Source: Chlorobiota bacterium
GTDB taxonomy: Bacteria; Bacteroidota; Ignavibacteria; OLB7
Direction of reading: 5' to 3'
NCBI GenBank assembly: GCA_016788565.1
Contig: JAEUSP010000101.1
Span: 3,334 to 67,333, forward strand
Length of the DNA: 64,000 bases
This document shows positions 50,376 to 61,667 of this stretch, piece by piece. The number at the start of each line of letters is the position of its first letter. Within the stretch, counting starts at the first letter, position 1. A program made the position numbers and the translations under genes. The notes under the pieces are model-generated. The model made no database searches. It worked only from the letters and a program-made list of their open reading frames with translations, and was not told the DNA's origin.

Positions 50376-51524
50376 ATGAAGATCGAACAGCAACAATGGA
50401 TGCCGAACTCTGGGTGGCTGGGCGCATCTGCCGTCTTGCAAGGCCAAGCGCAGCTTGTGCTATCGTTTGGCCAGATTGAGGCAGTTGAAGACCCAAACCG
50501 CTACGGCGAACTTCGCCAACGCTACCCGAACGCTCACATCATCATCTGCTCCACATCGGGGGAAATTTTTGGGGAAGCAGTCTATGATGACTCCATCACC
50601 GCTACTGCCATTGCCTTCAACGATTCTACGCTGATTGCTGCCAGCTTGAACATTGCTGATTTCCCCGACAGCAACAGGGCCGGAAGAGAGCTTGCCGGGA
50701 TGATCCCCGCCGAAGGTTTGGCGCACCTGTTTCTGATTACCGACGGCCAGTTGGTGAACGGTAGCGAGGTGGTTGCAGGGGTCAGGGCCGTCATCCCCGA
50801 TACTGTTGCTGTGACCGGCGGGCTTGCCAGCGATGGCGCACGTTTCACCCGCACCCTTGTTGGCCTGGATTCCCCACCAACCGAAGGGACGATGGTGGCC
50901 GTTGGATTCTACGGGGCGAACCTGCGGGTTGGATATGGCACAATGGGGGGGTGGGATTCGTTCGGGCCGGATCGCGTCATCACCCGCTCGGAACGGAACG
51001 TCCTGTATGAACTTGATGGCCAATCGGCGTTGGCTCTCTACAAAAAATATCTGGGGGAGCTTGCTGCCGACCTTCCCGGCTCGGCATTACTGTTTCCGCT
51101 CAGCCTTCGCACCCCCGACCAGCCAACACCGGTGGTCCGCACAATCCTTTCCATCAACGAAAACGACGACAGCATGGTGTTTGCCGGGGATATGCCGCAA
51201 GGCGCGTACGCCCGTTTGATGAAAGCCAATTTCGATCGGCTGATTGATGGCGCATCGCACGCGGCAGCCGAAAGCTACCAGACAATTGGAACTTCGCAGG
51301 CCGAACTTGCTATTCTGATTAGCTGCGTGGGGCGGAAGTTAGTGCTGGGGCCGCGTACCGAAGAAGAAGTGGAGGCGGTGCGTGAAGTTGTTGGCCCGGC
51401 CACCATCCTAACGGGGTTTTACTCCAACGGCGAAATCTCACCGCTTGGTTCCTCTGTCCGGTGCGAACTCCACAACCAAACCATGACCATCACCACAATT
51501 TCCGAGCTACCAGTAACGGCGTAA
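50376..51524 (+). CDS. FIST-domain signal transduction protein
   Basis: STSGEI, TGGLASD, SCVGRK, GFYSNGEI, LHNQTM. Confidence 0.92.
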   Translation: MKIEQQQWMPNSGWLGASAVLQGQAQLVLSFGQIEAVEDPNRYGELRQRYPNAHIIICSTSGEIFGEAVYDDSITATAIAFNDSTLIAASLNIADFPDSNRAGRELAGMIPAEGLAHLFLITDGQLVNGSEVVAGVRAVIPDTVAVTGGLASDGARFTRTLVGLDSPPTEGTMVAVGFYGANLRVGYGTMGGWDSFGPDRVITRSERNVLYELDGQSALALYKKYLGELAADLPGSALLFPLSLRTPDQPTPVVRTILSINENDDSMVFAGDMPQGAYARLMKANFDRLIDGASHAAAESYQTIGTSQAELAILISCVGRKLVLGPRTEEEVEAVREVVGPATILTGFYSNGEISPLGSSVRCELHNQTMTITTISELPVTA

Positions 51525-51582
51525 ATCATATCCAAACTCAACATCCAAATTCAACATCCAAATTCAACGCAGTGGCGACAGG

Positions 51583-53100
51583 ATGAATAACCCGCTTCTA
51601 CAACGTCAGCTAAAAAAATACCTTGGCCAGGCCGGGGCAATTCCCGATGGAATGGAGCAATTGTTGGAAGCGATTAATCAATCCTACAACCATTATCAAG
51701 CCGACCGAGCATTGATTGAACGCTCGATGGACCTTAGCTCGCAGGAGTTGCTGGAAGCGAACCTAAAACTAAGCCGCGATGCCGAACGCCAGCGGCTGTT
51801 GCTGCGCAGCCTCAACGAATCGCTGCGTGAACTGCGCCCCGCAATCAAGCATCAGGAAAGCGACAATCAGGAGGAAGATATTCTTTCGGCAGCGGATTTG
51901 CTCCGGTCGGAAATTATGCGCCGCCGCGAAGCCGAATCGAAATTGCAGGAGAGCGAAGGGCGGTTCCGATTGTTGGCCGAAAATTCCAGCGATATTATTG
52001 TTCGTGCTTCCGATGATGGAGATTTTTTATACGTTTCCCCAGCATGTTTGGCAATAACCGGATATACTCCGGAATCGCTGATTAAAACTTCATTGTATGA
52101 CCTGTTCCACCCTGACGATATTCCCGAAGTCAAAAAAATGGTGGATGACATGGATGCGGGGATGGATCGGGTTACCAACACAGTGCGGGTGCGTTGCAGC
52201 GATGGCCAGTACTGCTGGTTGGAATCCACCGTGCACGCAATCCGCGACCTCGATACTGGGATTGTGCTGGAGTATCACAGTGCCTCGCGCGATGTTGGCG
52301 AACGAAAACTTGCCGAGGAAAATATCAGGCAATTAAATGAAGAATTACAGCAAGCCAACGTATTACTGACCATCGAGCGTGACCGTGAAAAGGAGCATGT
52401 TCGTGAGTTAGAAGCATTGAACCAGATGAAAAGTGAGTTCGTCAGCAGTGTCTCGCACGAGCTTCGCACGCCGCTTGCTTCGATTATCGGTTTTGCACAA
52501 ACTATTTTGCTTGATTCAGAGCTTTCCCCCAGCCTTCAACGGGAATTTCTTCAGATTATTTTGGACGAAGGGAAACGGCTTTCCAAGCTCATCAACGATC
52601 TTCTGGACCTTGCACGTATTGAAAGCGGAAGGGCAATGATGGAAAAAGGGACGTATGACCTTGCGCCGATTATCGAGCGTGCCGTGCAATCCGTTGCAAT
52701 GCAGGCTGATGCAAAATCAATTAGGATTACCGTCGGTTTATGCAAGCCAGAAATTATCGCTGATTTTGATGAAGATCGGATGTCGCAGATTATCATCAAC
52801 CTTCTCAGCAACGCGGTGAAGTTCACCCCCGACGGAGGTGTAATTACCGTGACAGCCGATAGCACCGCAACCGAAGTGAGCATCAGCATCCGCGACACCG
52901 GAATGGGAATTCCCAACGAAGCACTTCCGCATTTATTCGAGAAATTTTTCCGCGTGCACCGCCCCGGGTTAGATATTCGCGGGACAGGGCTTGGGCTTGC
53001 TATTGTTAAACAGTTGGTGGATATGCACGGCGGTGTTATCGCTGTTGAAAGCCGTGTGGAGCAAGGATCAACGTTCACTATTCGCTTCCCACAACCATGA
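51583..53100 (+). CDS. PAS-domain sensor histidine kinase
   Basis: PAS domain, H-box SHELRTPL, N-box NLLSNAVKF, G-boxes DTGMG and GTGLGL. Confidence 0.95.
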   Translation: MNNPLLQRQLKKYLGQAGAIPDGMEQLLEAINQSYNHYQADRALIERSMDLSSQELLEANLKLSRDAERQRLLLRSLNESLRELRPAIKHQESDNQEEDILSAADLLRSEIMRRREAESKLQESEGRFRLLAENSSDIIVRASDDGDFLYVSPACLAITGYTPESLIKTSLYDLFHPDDIPEVKKMVDDMDAGMDRVTNTVRVRCSDGQYCWLESTVHAIRDLDTGIVLEYHSASRDVGERKLAEENIRQLNEELQQANVLLTIERDREKEHVRELEALNQMKSEFVSSVSHELRTPLASIIGFAQTILLDSELSPSLQREFLQIILDEGKRLSKLINDLLDLARIESGRAMMEKGTYDLAPIIERAVQSVAMQADAKSIRITVGLCKPEIIADFDEDRMSQIIINLLSNAVKFTPDGGVITVTADSTATEVSISIRDTGMGIPNEALPHLFEKFFRVHRPGLDIRGTGLGLAIVKQLVDMHGGVIAVESRVEQGSTFTIRFPQP

Positions 53101-53513
53101 GCACACAACGTCAAGTTCTGATTGTTGAAGATGAGTCCAGTATGCAGATTTTGCTCCGGCACTTGCTGCTCCGTTCTGGCTACGTCGTCACGTTAGCCTC
53201 GAACGGATTGGAAGCCAAAGAAATTCTGGGGAAGCAACGTTTCGATTTGATCTGCTCCGACGTGATGATGTCAGGAATTGATGGAATCCAGCTTTGTTTA
53301 TGGGCAAAAAATAACGAGCAATTGCGCGACATCCCATTTGTCATTCTTTCCTCGCGTGCACAGCAGGGGGAAAAAGAATTAGGGCTTCAGGCAGGTGCCG
53401 ATGCGTATTTAACAAAGCCGTTTGACGTACACGACCTACTGGCAACGCTACAGCATTTCCTCCCGATTGAGGACGACGTATCGCCACCGCCGCAAAAAAC
53501 CGATGATGCTTAA
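53097..53513 (+). CDS. Single-domain response regulator
   Basis: LIVED, SDVMM, GADAYLTKPF. Confidence 0.95.
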   Translation: MSTQRQVLIVEDESSMQILLRHLLLRSGYVVTLASNGLEAKEILGKQRFDLICSDVMMSGIDGIQLCLWAKNNEQLRDIPFVILSSRAQQGEKELGLQAGADAYLTKPFDVHDLLATLQHFLPIEDDVSPPPQKTDDA

Positions 53514-53762
53514 ATACTTGAGTCTGTAATTGCTGTTGGAATTGTACCGACCTCTCTTCTTCCCCTTCTCTGTGTCCTCTGTGATTTTTTCCTCTTCAGA
53601 AGCGAAGAAGAGATAGAACCACAGAGGCACAGAGATCACAGAGGGAAGAAAGAGAGTTGGAGTATTCTTGGAAGAGCGATGCTTGCTGTTGTTAGCTGAG
53701 CCAAGCAGTTTGCAAGAACAGAAGCCAATTGGCCTGCAAAGTGAATTCCGGTAGGCCGAGCT

Positions 53763-55001
53763 TCACAACCGTATTTTCCGCAACGCCTGAACCCGTTGCA
53801 GCAGTGGCGGATGATCGTAGTTTAAAAACACAAAAAAACGATGCGGGGTAAGGTTGGAAAGTGAGGTGCGGCTTAATTTTTTTAGTGCTGCAATCAGCGG
53901 TTCGCTGCTTCCGGTGGTGGTTGCGGCGTAATGGTCGGCCTCAAATTCGTTGCGGCAGGAAATCTGCTTCATCGCGATTCCCAACAGCAACTCCACCGGG
54001 GCAATCAGCATCGCAAAAAAGATCAACCCAGCATAGATTGAGGTCTGCTCCATAAAAAACGCATCGAATAATCCACGGTTATCCAGCACCACGGAAAGAA
54101 GCAGAAAAAACGCTCCAGTATGAAGCACGCTTACCACCATCCCTTTGGTGATGTGGCGAAGTTTGTAGTGGCCGACTTCGTGGGCAACCACAGCTTCAAG
54201 CTCGGTCACGTTGTGCGATTCGAGGAGGGTGTCGAACAAAGCAATGCGGCGGTTGCGGCCAATGCCGGTGAAAAATGCGTTTGCTTTGCTGGAACGGCGC
54301 GAGCCATCAATCACAAAAATGTTGGCGAGTGGAAAACTAACTTTGCGTGCGTAGGCCATCAATCGCTCTTTTAGCTCAAGATTTTCCAGCGGCTGGAACT
54401 TCATAAATAATGGCATAATCCATGCCGGAGCAATCAGTGTCAGTATCACGGTAAACGTGGTAGCTGCCCCCCAACCGTACAGCCACGCCATCGGCCCGGC
54501 AGTGTCGAACAGGTAAATAATCCCAGCCAAAGCCGGAATGCCAATTGCCCCGCCCACCAGCAAGCCCTTCAGCCGGTCAGCAATAAAAGTGCTGGCGGTG
54601 GTGCGGTTAAAACCAAACCGTTCTTCGATAACAAAGGTGCTATAAATGGAGAATGGAAGCGAGATAATCATTTGTGCCAGCAGCAATATCCCGATATATG
54701 CAACTCCGGTCCAAGTGGTTCCAAGCTCCCAGCCGCGCACAATGTTGTCCAAAAAATTAAAGCCCCCCGCAAACCAGAAACCCAGTATCAACAAAAAATC
54801 GAAGGTGTTGGTTATTAACCCGAACCTGGTTGTCACCCGGGTGTATTCTTGCGAGCGGCGATAGGCATCGGCATCATAAACATCAACAAATTCTTCTGGC
54901 AGATCGGGACGCAACGCCCGCAAGTTTAGCAGGTTGGCAATAAGGCTTAATGTGTACTCTGCTACCAGTACAGATAGAATGGTAATGGCGTAGATGTTCA
55001 T
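53763..55001 (-). CDS. M48 family (Ste24/CAAX-like) zinc metallopeptidase
   Basis: SKANAFFTG, HEVGH, EFEAD, HPPL. Confidence 0.93.
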   Translation of the reverse strand: MNIYAITILSVLVAEYTLSLIANLLNLRALRPDLPEEFVDVYDADAYRRSQEYTRVTTRFGLITNTFDFLLILGFWFAGGFNFLDNIVRGWELGTTWTGVAYIGILLLAQMIISLPFSIYSTFVIEERFGFNRTTASTFIADRLKGLLVGGAIGIPALAGIIYLFDTAGPMAWLYGWGAATTFTVILTLIAPAWIMPLFMKFQPLENLELKERLMAYARKVSFPLANIFVIDGSRRSSKANAFFTGIGRNRRIALFDTLLESHNVTELEAVVAHEVGHYKLRHITKGMVVSVLHTGAFFLLLSVVLDNRGLFDAFFMEQTSIYAGLIFFAMLIAPVELLLGIAMKQISCRNEFEADHYAATTTGSSEPLIAALKKLSRTSLSNLTPHRFFVFLNYDHPPLLQRVQALRKIRL

Positions 55002-55218
55002 GGCAGTACAGAACGTTGGTTAGAAAGGCAGGTCGGTCGGCTGCAAAAGTAACAAGAATGTGACGCGATTCCTTGTACACTCCAATATCTGTTATTGGCC
55101 ATCAAGTGCTCCCCATTGCCGTGTTGCTGCCGAAGTGCAAATTGTGGTGGCGGCAATGGATGCTGCCATTCGATTTCCCTTCTTCTTCAGCATTGCTGAA
55201 CCTTACTGCTGACCCTCG

Positions 55219-55992
55219 ATGATCCTTGATTTGAACGGCGTGCGCGCACTTGTTACCGGCGGCGCGCGCGGAATTGGACGCGCTATCAGCATGGCACTGG
55301 CCGCAAGCGGTGCGCGGGTGGCCATCAACTACCGGAACAATACCGAGGCCGCCGAGGAACTTGGCCGCAAACTTGGCGAACGCTACTTCGAGCACATGCT
55401 GCTCCGCGCCGACATCACCCAAGAACGGTTGGTTGCCACGATGCTGAAGCGGATTGAAGAATCGTGGGGCGGCTTGGACCTTCTGGTGTTGAACGCTGGG
55501 GTCTGGGTTCCGGGAACCTTCGGCGCGATGACCCTTGCCCACTGGCGCGAGACGATCAGCACAAACATGACCGGGGCCTTCATCGTTGCCAACGACGCGC
55601 TGCGGCTGATGGCGCTGGGGGAATCTTCCGCGCCAAAGCGAATCATCTTCATCTCCTCCACAGCTGGCATCCGTGGCGAGTCGGGATACAGCCACTATGC
55701 CGCCAGCAAAGGGGGATTAATCGCCCTCACGAAATCGCTGGCGGTGGAGCTTGCTCCGTTGGGCATCAACGTTAACTGCGTTGCCCCCGGATGGATCCGC
55801 ACCGACATGACCGCCGCAGCATTGGCCGAGCCTGCAACAAGAAAAAACATTCAGAAAACGATACCGCTGGGAAGGGTTGGCGAGCCGGAAGAAGTGGCCG
55901 CAGCGGTGGTGTTTTTGGCCTCGCGCCAAGCATCGTTCATCACCGGCCAAACCCTAAGCGTCAACGGCGGCGCGCTGCTGGTTGGGGGGTGA
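55219..55992 (+). CDS. Short-chain dehydrogenase/reductase (FabG-like)
   Basis: TGGARGIG, NAG, YAASK, PGWIRT. Confidence 0.93.
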   Translation: MILDLNGVRALVTGGARGIGRAISMALAASGARVAINYRNNTEAAEELGRKLGERYFEHMLLRADITQERLVATMLKRIEESWGGLDLLVLNAGVWVPGTFGAMTLAHWRETISTNMTGAFIVANDALRLMALGESSAPKRIIFISSTAGIRGESGYSHYAASKGGLIALTKSLAVELAPLGINVNCVAPGWIRTDMTAAALAEPATRKNIQKTIPLGRVGEPEEVAAAVVFLASRQASFITGQTLSVNGGALLVGG

Positions 55993-56320
55993 AACATGAA
56001 AAAGCGGACTTGAGCGTCATGGCAAGGGACGAACAACCGTACGGCTTGGGCACATTATCGGTCCTTCCCCAATCCAACAACCGAAACTCGAAGCCCAATG
56101 TAAGTCAGTTGTCAGTGGTCAGTGGTCAGTTGCAAATGAAGAAATTCTGCGCGAAGAAGAGAGCGAAAACTATTCTTTGACTCGATAGTCCCAATCGCCC
56201 TCAATTCCCGAAACCCGAAACCCGATTCCCGATTCCCGAAACCCGATTCCCGAAACCCGATTCCCGATTCCCAACGACCTCAATAACTCATAAACATTAT
56301 CCAATAGGAGACACGCCAAC

Positions 56321-56650
56321 ATGGCAAAGGAATTCACCGACGCTAACTTCCAAGAGGAAGTGCTGAACGCAAACGAACCAGTTCTTGTTGATTTCTGGGC
56401 AGTCTGGTGCGGCCCCTGCCGCATGATCGCTCCAATCGTCGAAGAGCTTTCCACCGAATACGCCGGCAAAGTCAAAGTCGGCAAAGTAGATGTGGATGCC
56501 AACCCAGAAATTTCGATGAACTACGGCATTCGCTCAATCCCCACTCTGCTGGTTTTCAAAGGGGGAAAAGTGGTGGAGCAGATTGTTGGTGCGGTCCCCA
56601 AAGGCCACATCGTGAAAGCGTTGGAAAACCACATGGCAGTGGCGGCCTAA
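56321..56650 (+). CDS. trxA: Thioredoxin
   Basis: WCGPC active site. Confidence 0.97.
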   Translation: MAKEFTDANFQEEVLNANEPVLVDFWAVWCGPCRMIAPIVEELSTEYAGKVKVGKVDVDANPEISMNYGIRSIPTLLVFKGGKVVEQIVGAVPKGHIVKALENHMAVAA

Positions 56651-56800
56651 CCTGCGCAGCATCGCAACCGACACATCCCCGAAGAAGCTGTTTCTTCGGG
56701 GATGTTTTGTAATGGCGGAGCCACCGAACCGCAAAGGCACTACTCCACAGTTGTTGAGCAATGCCAGTCAGCCAATATCACGTCACACAAGCAACTCATC

Positions 56801-57517
56801 ATGGATATTCATAATCGGGTAGTAATCATCACCGGCGCAAGCTCTGGAATTGGCGCAGCTACGGCGCGGATGTTCGCCAACGAAGGTGCCCGCCTTGTGC
56901 TTGCAGCGCGCCGGGAAGGCGCGTTAAATCAAGTTGCAGCATCGCTTCGGCCCGGCACCGAAGCGATTGTGATCCCAACCGATGTTGGCGATGAGGAAGC
57001 GGTGAAAAACCTTGTGGATCAAGCCCTTCAGCGATTCGGGACCATTGACGTGCTGGTGAACAACGCTGGCTACGGGGCGTTTGCGCCAATCACCGATCTG
57101 TCCGCCGAAAAGTTCGATGACATTCTTCGTGTGAACCTGCGCGGGGTGTTCCTTTGCACCAAGTATGTGCTGCCGCATTTTTACCAGAAGCAAGCAGGCT
57201 CGGTGGTGACAGTGAGTTCGTTGGCGGGGAAGCATGGGTTCAGCAACGGCGCGGCCTACTGCGCCAGCAAGTTCGGGGTGATGGGGCTGATGGAGTCGGT
57301 ATTTCACGAAGCTCGCAGCCATAACGTGCGGGTCATCACGCTAACGCCTGGCTCGGTTGATACTCCATTTTTTGATGGTGCCGGGGTTCCCGTCCCCAAC
57401 CGCGACCGTATCCCGCAGGCTGATGAAATTGCCGAGGTGATACGCCTTGCGGTGGCCTTGCCAGAGCGCACGCTGATTCGGGAATTAGATATCCGCCCAA
57501 CAAACCCGAAAGGGTAA
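56801..57517 (+). CDS. Short-chain dehydrogenase/reductase
   Basis: TGASSGIG, NNAG, YCASK. Confidence 0.92.
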   Translation: MDIHNRVVIITGASSGIGAATARMFANEGARLVLAARREGALNQVAASLRPGTEAIVIPTDVGDEEAVKNLVDQALQRFGTIDVLVNNAGYGAFAPITDLSAEKFDDILRVNLRGVFLCTKYVLPHFYQKQAGSVVTVSSLAGKHGFSNGAAYCASKFGVMGLMESVFHEARSHNVRVITLTPGSVDTPFFDGAGVPVPNRDRIPQADEIAEVIRLAVALPERTLIRELDIRPTNPKG

Positions 57518-57760
57518 GTGGAATTTTGGAGCAGCCCGAATGGCGCAGCAGGAAACGTGAGGTTATCAGACCAAAGAAAAAATCCGCACAAAATCATGGC
57601 TCATCTACTGTTAGTGAGTAAAGTATGATGTAAGCTACCGAACAGCGTCCCCGCTCATGCTGAGCCACGTCGAAGTATGAGCGGAGCCACCGAACCGAGG
57701 GATTGCCGATTTCCCATTAACCGTTTTCCCCCTTCGCACGCTACTTGAGATAAGTCAATA

Positions 57761-59257
57761 TCACCGGCTCCGCTGGGAATTTTTCCGATAAAACCAATAC
57801 ACCGGAAGCCCAATCGCCACCAGTATCAACCCGAACAGCGATTTAATAATTGCAGGCTGGCCAGCCGCGGTAGCAATCGAATAATCGTTCAAGTCGTTGT
57901 AAATCGTCAGCCCCAGATAGAGCACAGCGAACACCACAAAAATGGCCGGAATTATTGGGAATCCAGGCACACGATACGGGCGGGGATGATCCGGCATCCG
58001 CCGCCGCAACACAAACACCCCCCACGCGCCAGCCGCGTAAAAAATCCAACTCACAAAAATCAGCATATCGGTCAGCGTATCGAACGACCCGCTGAACAGC
58101 AGCATCACGCTCCAAAAACACTGCACCACCAGCGATGCCGCAGGGGTGTGAAATCGTGGGTGAGCATTTCCCAAAAATCGTGGAAAAACATTTTGGCGGG
58201 CCATTGAAAAATAGACCCTTGCGCTGGCAAGAATTGTCCCGTTAGTGGTCCCGAATGTGGAAATCATCACGGCGGCGGCAATCCATTTATCGCCACCTTC
58301 AAAAAATTTGGAGGCGACATCGGCAGCCACTAATTCCGAGCCAGCCATTTCCTGCATCGGCAGCACGTACAGGTAGGCAAGGTTGATTAAAATATAGATG
58401 GTAATGACCGTCCCCATTCCATAAATCAATCCTTGCGGAATTACCCGTTGCGGCTGGCGAATTTCGCCAGCGATGTAGGTGACGTTATTCCAGCCATCAT
58501 ACGCCCAGAACGCTCCATCCAATGCTTTTGCGATTGCCAGCGCGATTGCCACCGCGCCGATCCCTTGCACCGCAGTGTTGCTTGCCGCAGCGGTGAAATT
58601 TCCTGCCGAACCAACCCCTGGCATGGTAAATGCCAGAATTGCCAACGCCACAATGGCCGCTACTTTCGCCACCGTGAAAAAATTCTGGATCATTCCCCCA
58701 AACCGCACGCCGATGTAGTTGATGATTGTCAGCAAAATAATCAGCCCTGCGGCAGCCAATTTTATTCCAATATCCTTCAGCGGTTGGATTACGCCAATTC
58801 CGGGAAGGGTGAACGCAAGCGATTCGGTTGCGGGGGATAAATGGGGCAGATCAGCAAAACGGGTGAAGTATTCCGCAAACACGTAGGCGATGCTGGCAAT
58901 CGAACCGGTTTGGATTACCGCAAACACTCCCCACCCGTACAGGTAGGCAAACAACGACCCGTACATTTTATCGAAATAAATGTACTGCCCTCCAGTTTCT
59001 GGGATCATCGAAGCAATTTCGGCGTTGGTGAGCGCGCCGAACAGGGTGATAATTCCGGCAAGCAACCAGACTCCAAGAAGCAATTCCGGCAAACCCAGCC
59101 CAAAGCCCACAAGGTCGTTTGCCATCACCCCAGGCTTGCGGAAAATTCCGGAGCCGATCATTGCTCCAACAATAATCATGGTGGTGGTGAACAGCCCCAA
59201 CGCTGGAAGCAAATTCCGTTTGGGGGATTTATTTTGTGTGGTTGGTTCTGGTTGCAC
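57761..59257 (-). CDS. APC family amino acid permease
   Basis: IGSGIF, GGQY, AYDGW; many TM segments. Confidence 0.93.
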   Translation of the reverse strand: MQPEPTTQNKSPKRNLLPALGLFTTTMIIVGAMIGSGIFRKPGVMANDLVGFGLGLPELLLGVWLLAGIITLFGALTNAEIASMIPETGGQYIYFDKMYGSLFAYLYGWGVFAVIQTGSIASIAYVFAEYFTRFADLPHLSPATESLAFTLPGIGVIQPLKDIGIKLAAAGLIILLTIINYIGVRFGGMIQNFFTVAKVAAIVALAILAFTMPGVGSAGNFTAAASNTAVQGIGAVAIALAIAKALDGAFWAYDGWNNVTYIAGEIRQPQRVIPQGLIYGMGTVITIYILINLAYLYVLPMQEMAGSELVAADVASKFFEGGDKWIAAAVMISTFGTTNGTILASARVYFSMARQNVFPRFLGNAHPRFHTPAASLVVQCFWSVMLLFSGSFDTLTDMLIFVSWIFYAAGAWGVFVLRRRMPDHPRPYRVPGFPIIPAIFVVFAVLYLGLTIYNDLNDYSIATAAGQPAIIKSLFGLILVAIGLPVYWFYRKNSQRSR

Positions 59258-59434
59258 GGTAATGCTGGATTGATATTTGCGCGGTATTCAGAATCTGCCA
59301 AATATCTAACGGGAAAATATCCAGAAAATATCTGGCAAGAGAGGGAAAGAGGGGAAGGATTGCCCGGCAACGACCACAGGTGAGAGAGAGTGCGGCGAAG
59401 CCAGCGTGGGGAAGGAGTTCGGTTGTTTCGGATG

Positions 59435-59926
59435 CTACGCAAACTGCTCCAGCACACGAGCCGGAATCAGCCACTCCAGAGTTCCGCGCACTTGGGGGCG
59501 GAATCCGTCGGCGGCCACGGCGGCCACCGTTGCTGTTCCCATCTCGGCTACAAGCTCGCCGCGTCCGCACAGCCCCGACAGCGCTTCGCCGATTGCTGGT
59601 TGGTGGCCAACAAGCATCAGCCGTTGCGCGTCGCGGTGTTCCTGGATCAGCTGGGAAATTGTGCCGAACGAGCCATACGGGGCAAGCCTTGCATCGGTTA
59701 GCACAGGATCAGCGATCTCCAAAATCCGCGCAACGATTTCGGCGGTTTGCTGGGCGCGGAGCAGTGGGCTTGCAATGATTCTATCCAGCCGAATCCCCAG
59801 TTGCAGCAGCCCTTTGGCAACCAGCGCCGTTTGCAGCGTCCCTTGTTCGGATAGCGGGCGTTGGCTGTCGCTTGTTCCCGGTTCCGCAGGGTTGGCGATT
59901 CCGTGGCGCATCAGATAGATCAGCAT
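59435..59926 (-). CDS. sixA: Phosphohistidine phosphatase SixA
   Basis: LMRHG, SPLLRAQQTA, VGHQP. Confidence 0.88.
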   Translation of the reverse strand: MLIYLMRHGIANPAEPGTSDSQRPLSEQGTLQTALVAKGLLQLGIRLDRIIASPLLRAQQTAEIVARILEIADPVLTDARLAPYGSFGTISQLIQEHRDAQRLMLVGHQPAIGEALSGLCGRGELVAEMGTATVAAVAADGFRPQVRGTLEWLIPARVLEQFA

Positions 59927-59959
59927 GGGTAGCCCGTTGAAAAAAGTCGGTGGCGTTGT

Positions 59960-61522
59960 TTACGGTGTGGTTTTTTCCTGGCCCACATTCTTTACTTGTG
60001 GTTCGGCTGATTGCTGCGACTGCTTTTCGGAAGCCGTTGGTTGCTCAACCTTTGGGGCGTTGTCGGAAGAAATATCTTGAACCTGAGGTTGGTTCTGCGG
60101 CGTTTCTTTCGGTGCGGTTTGCTGCGCCGATTGCTGTGTTGATTGCTGTGCTGAGGGTTGCGATGACTGTTGCGGCGTGTGCGGTTCTTGCGGCTCGATT
60201 GGTGTTTGTTTTTGGCCAATCTCATCCTGCTGCGCACGCATCAGCGCTTGGGTATCCACCACCGCTTCGGCTGGCTTGTTTTTGATGTAGCGGCGGCCAT
60301 AACTGAAGTTCCGGCGCTCCCCTTCCACATCGCTGAACGCTTTCCGTTCGTCGCTCATGTAGCGGTGAACCTCCATCGCTTTTTGTGGCTGCTTTGTGGC
60401 GTTGTAGGCGTTCATCAAGATTTGCTCCACGCGGTCGCGAATCTCCTGGCGGCGTGGGCGTTCTTGGATTTGAAGCCACGCTTTCTGCTCATACACCGGC
60501 TTGATGACCGCCAGCGCAGCCCGGGGCTGGCGTTGCGATTCGGCGCGGCCCACCACGCTTTCAATTTTTGGGTAGGGGTCGTATCGGCCCAGGTCGTCCA
60601 CGTGGCTTCCTAACTTGCGGATCAGTGAGTTCACCGCGGTGTTCATCTGGTCGGGGTCGGGGATGTCGGTATCCACCAGCGCGCTAGAGTTTGCTGGGGG
60701 AAGCAGTTTCACGGCCATGTGTTCTTCGTTCAATGCCCCCCGTTCTTTCAGCAAATAGACAATGGCCTGGACGGTTTCCAGGTCTAGGTCGGTATCCACC
60801 ATTCCCAGCCCCATGCGTAGCATCACATCCCCTTTTGCTCCGGTCAGCATATCGCCACGGCGGATTGCTTGGGTCATTAAAAATTTCCCCTGGTTGTAGG
60901 AGCGTTGCACATCCCCCAACGCATAGCTTTTGCGGTGGCGCAAGAACTGGAGCGCGGTGGCGGGGTCCTTGTAGCCCAGCAGTTCCAGCACCCCCATCAC
61001 TTGGCTGAAGGAGACCTCGACGTAATAATCAATTTTCCGTTTTTTGGCCAGCTTGGCCACTGCTTTCATCAGGCTGTTCCGCCCCCGCAGTGCGCGGACG
61101 TTGGCCATGAACGATAAGTCATCGGGGATGCCGTAGCCGGTGACGGGGGTTCCGCGCGGGATGGATTGGATGGTGAGGTTCACCGGTTCCTTCGTGTGGA
61201 TGGTGACAAGGTGGATGGCATCGGCGTGGTTGTCGGTGCTGGCAACGCGGTTATCAAGGCCAACTAACAGGATGTTCAGTTCGGCAGGAAGGGAGTCGGC
61301 GCGGGCGATGATCCCTTCGCTATAGACGGCATCGTACAGGTTATCGGTGACAACCGTGGCCGAGACAACAGGGGAGGGAATTGGAGTAATCCAGGAGATG
61401 GCCTGCCAAGCAGCAAGCCCCAGAAACGCTATCAAGAGCACACGCAGCCAGCGGCGTTTGCGGCGTGGTTGGGGGTGCTCATCGGAAGCGGCAAGCGATA
61501 ATTCTTGTGACATAGCTCGCAA
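59960..61522 (-). CDS. LCP (LytR-CpsA-Psr) family protein
   Basis: N-terminal TM, NILLVGLD, ADAI, SIPR, FLRHR, DVQRSYNQ; Q/S/P-rich tail. Confidence 0.8.
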   Translation of the reverse strand: MRAMSQELSLAASDEHPQPRRKRRWLRVLLIAFLGLAAWQAISWITPIPSPVVSATVVTDNLYDAVYSEGIIARADSLPAELNILLVGLDNRVASTDNHADAIHLVTIHTKEPVNLTIQSIPRGTPVTGYGIPDDLSFMANVRALRGRNSLMKAVAKLAKKRKIDYYVEVSFSQVMGVLELLGYKDPATALQFLRHRKSYALGDVQRSYNQGKFLMTQAIRRGDMLTGAKGDVMLRMGLGMVDTDLDLETVQAIVYLLKERGALNEEHMAVKLLPPANSSALVDTDIPDPDQMNTAVNSLIRKLGSHVDDLGRYDPYPKIESVVGRAESQRQPRAALAVIKPVYEQKAWLQIQERPRRQEIRDRVEQILMNAYNATKQPQKAMEVHRYMSDERKAFSDVEGERRNFSYGRRYIKNKPAEAVVDTQALMRAQQDEIGQKQTPIEPQEPHTPQQSSQPSAQQSTQQSAQQTAPKETPQNQPQVQDISSDNAPKVEQPTASEKQSQQSAEPQVKNVGQEKTTP

Positions 61523-61667
61523 AGATAGGGGAATTTTATCCGTGAAAGGTCACGTGGATAGATGCACGTGAAGTGGATCATTTCATCGGCAACGCAGCCC
61601 TTGCACGCAAGCGACCCAGAAGGGTTACAGGGCGATGACTGAGTAATGGCCATTTTCCCCTGTGGCC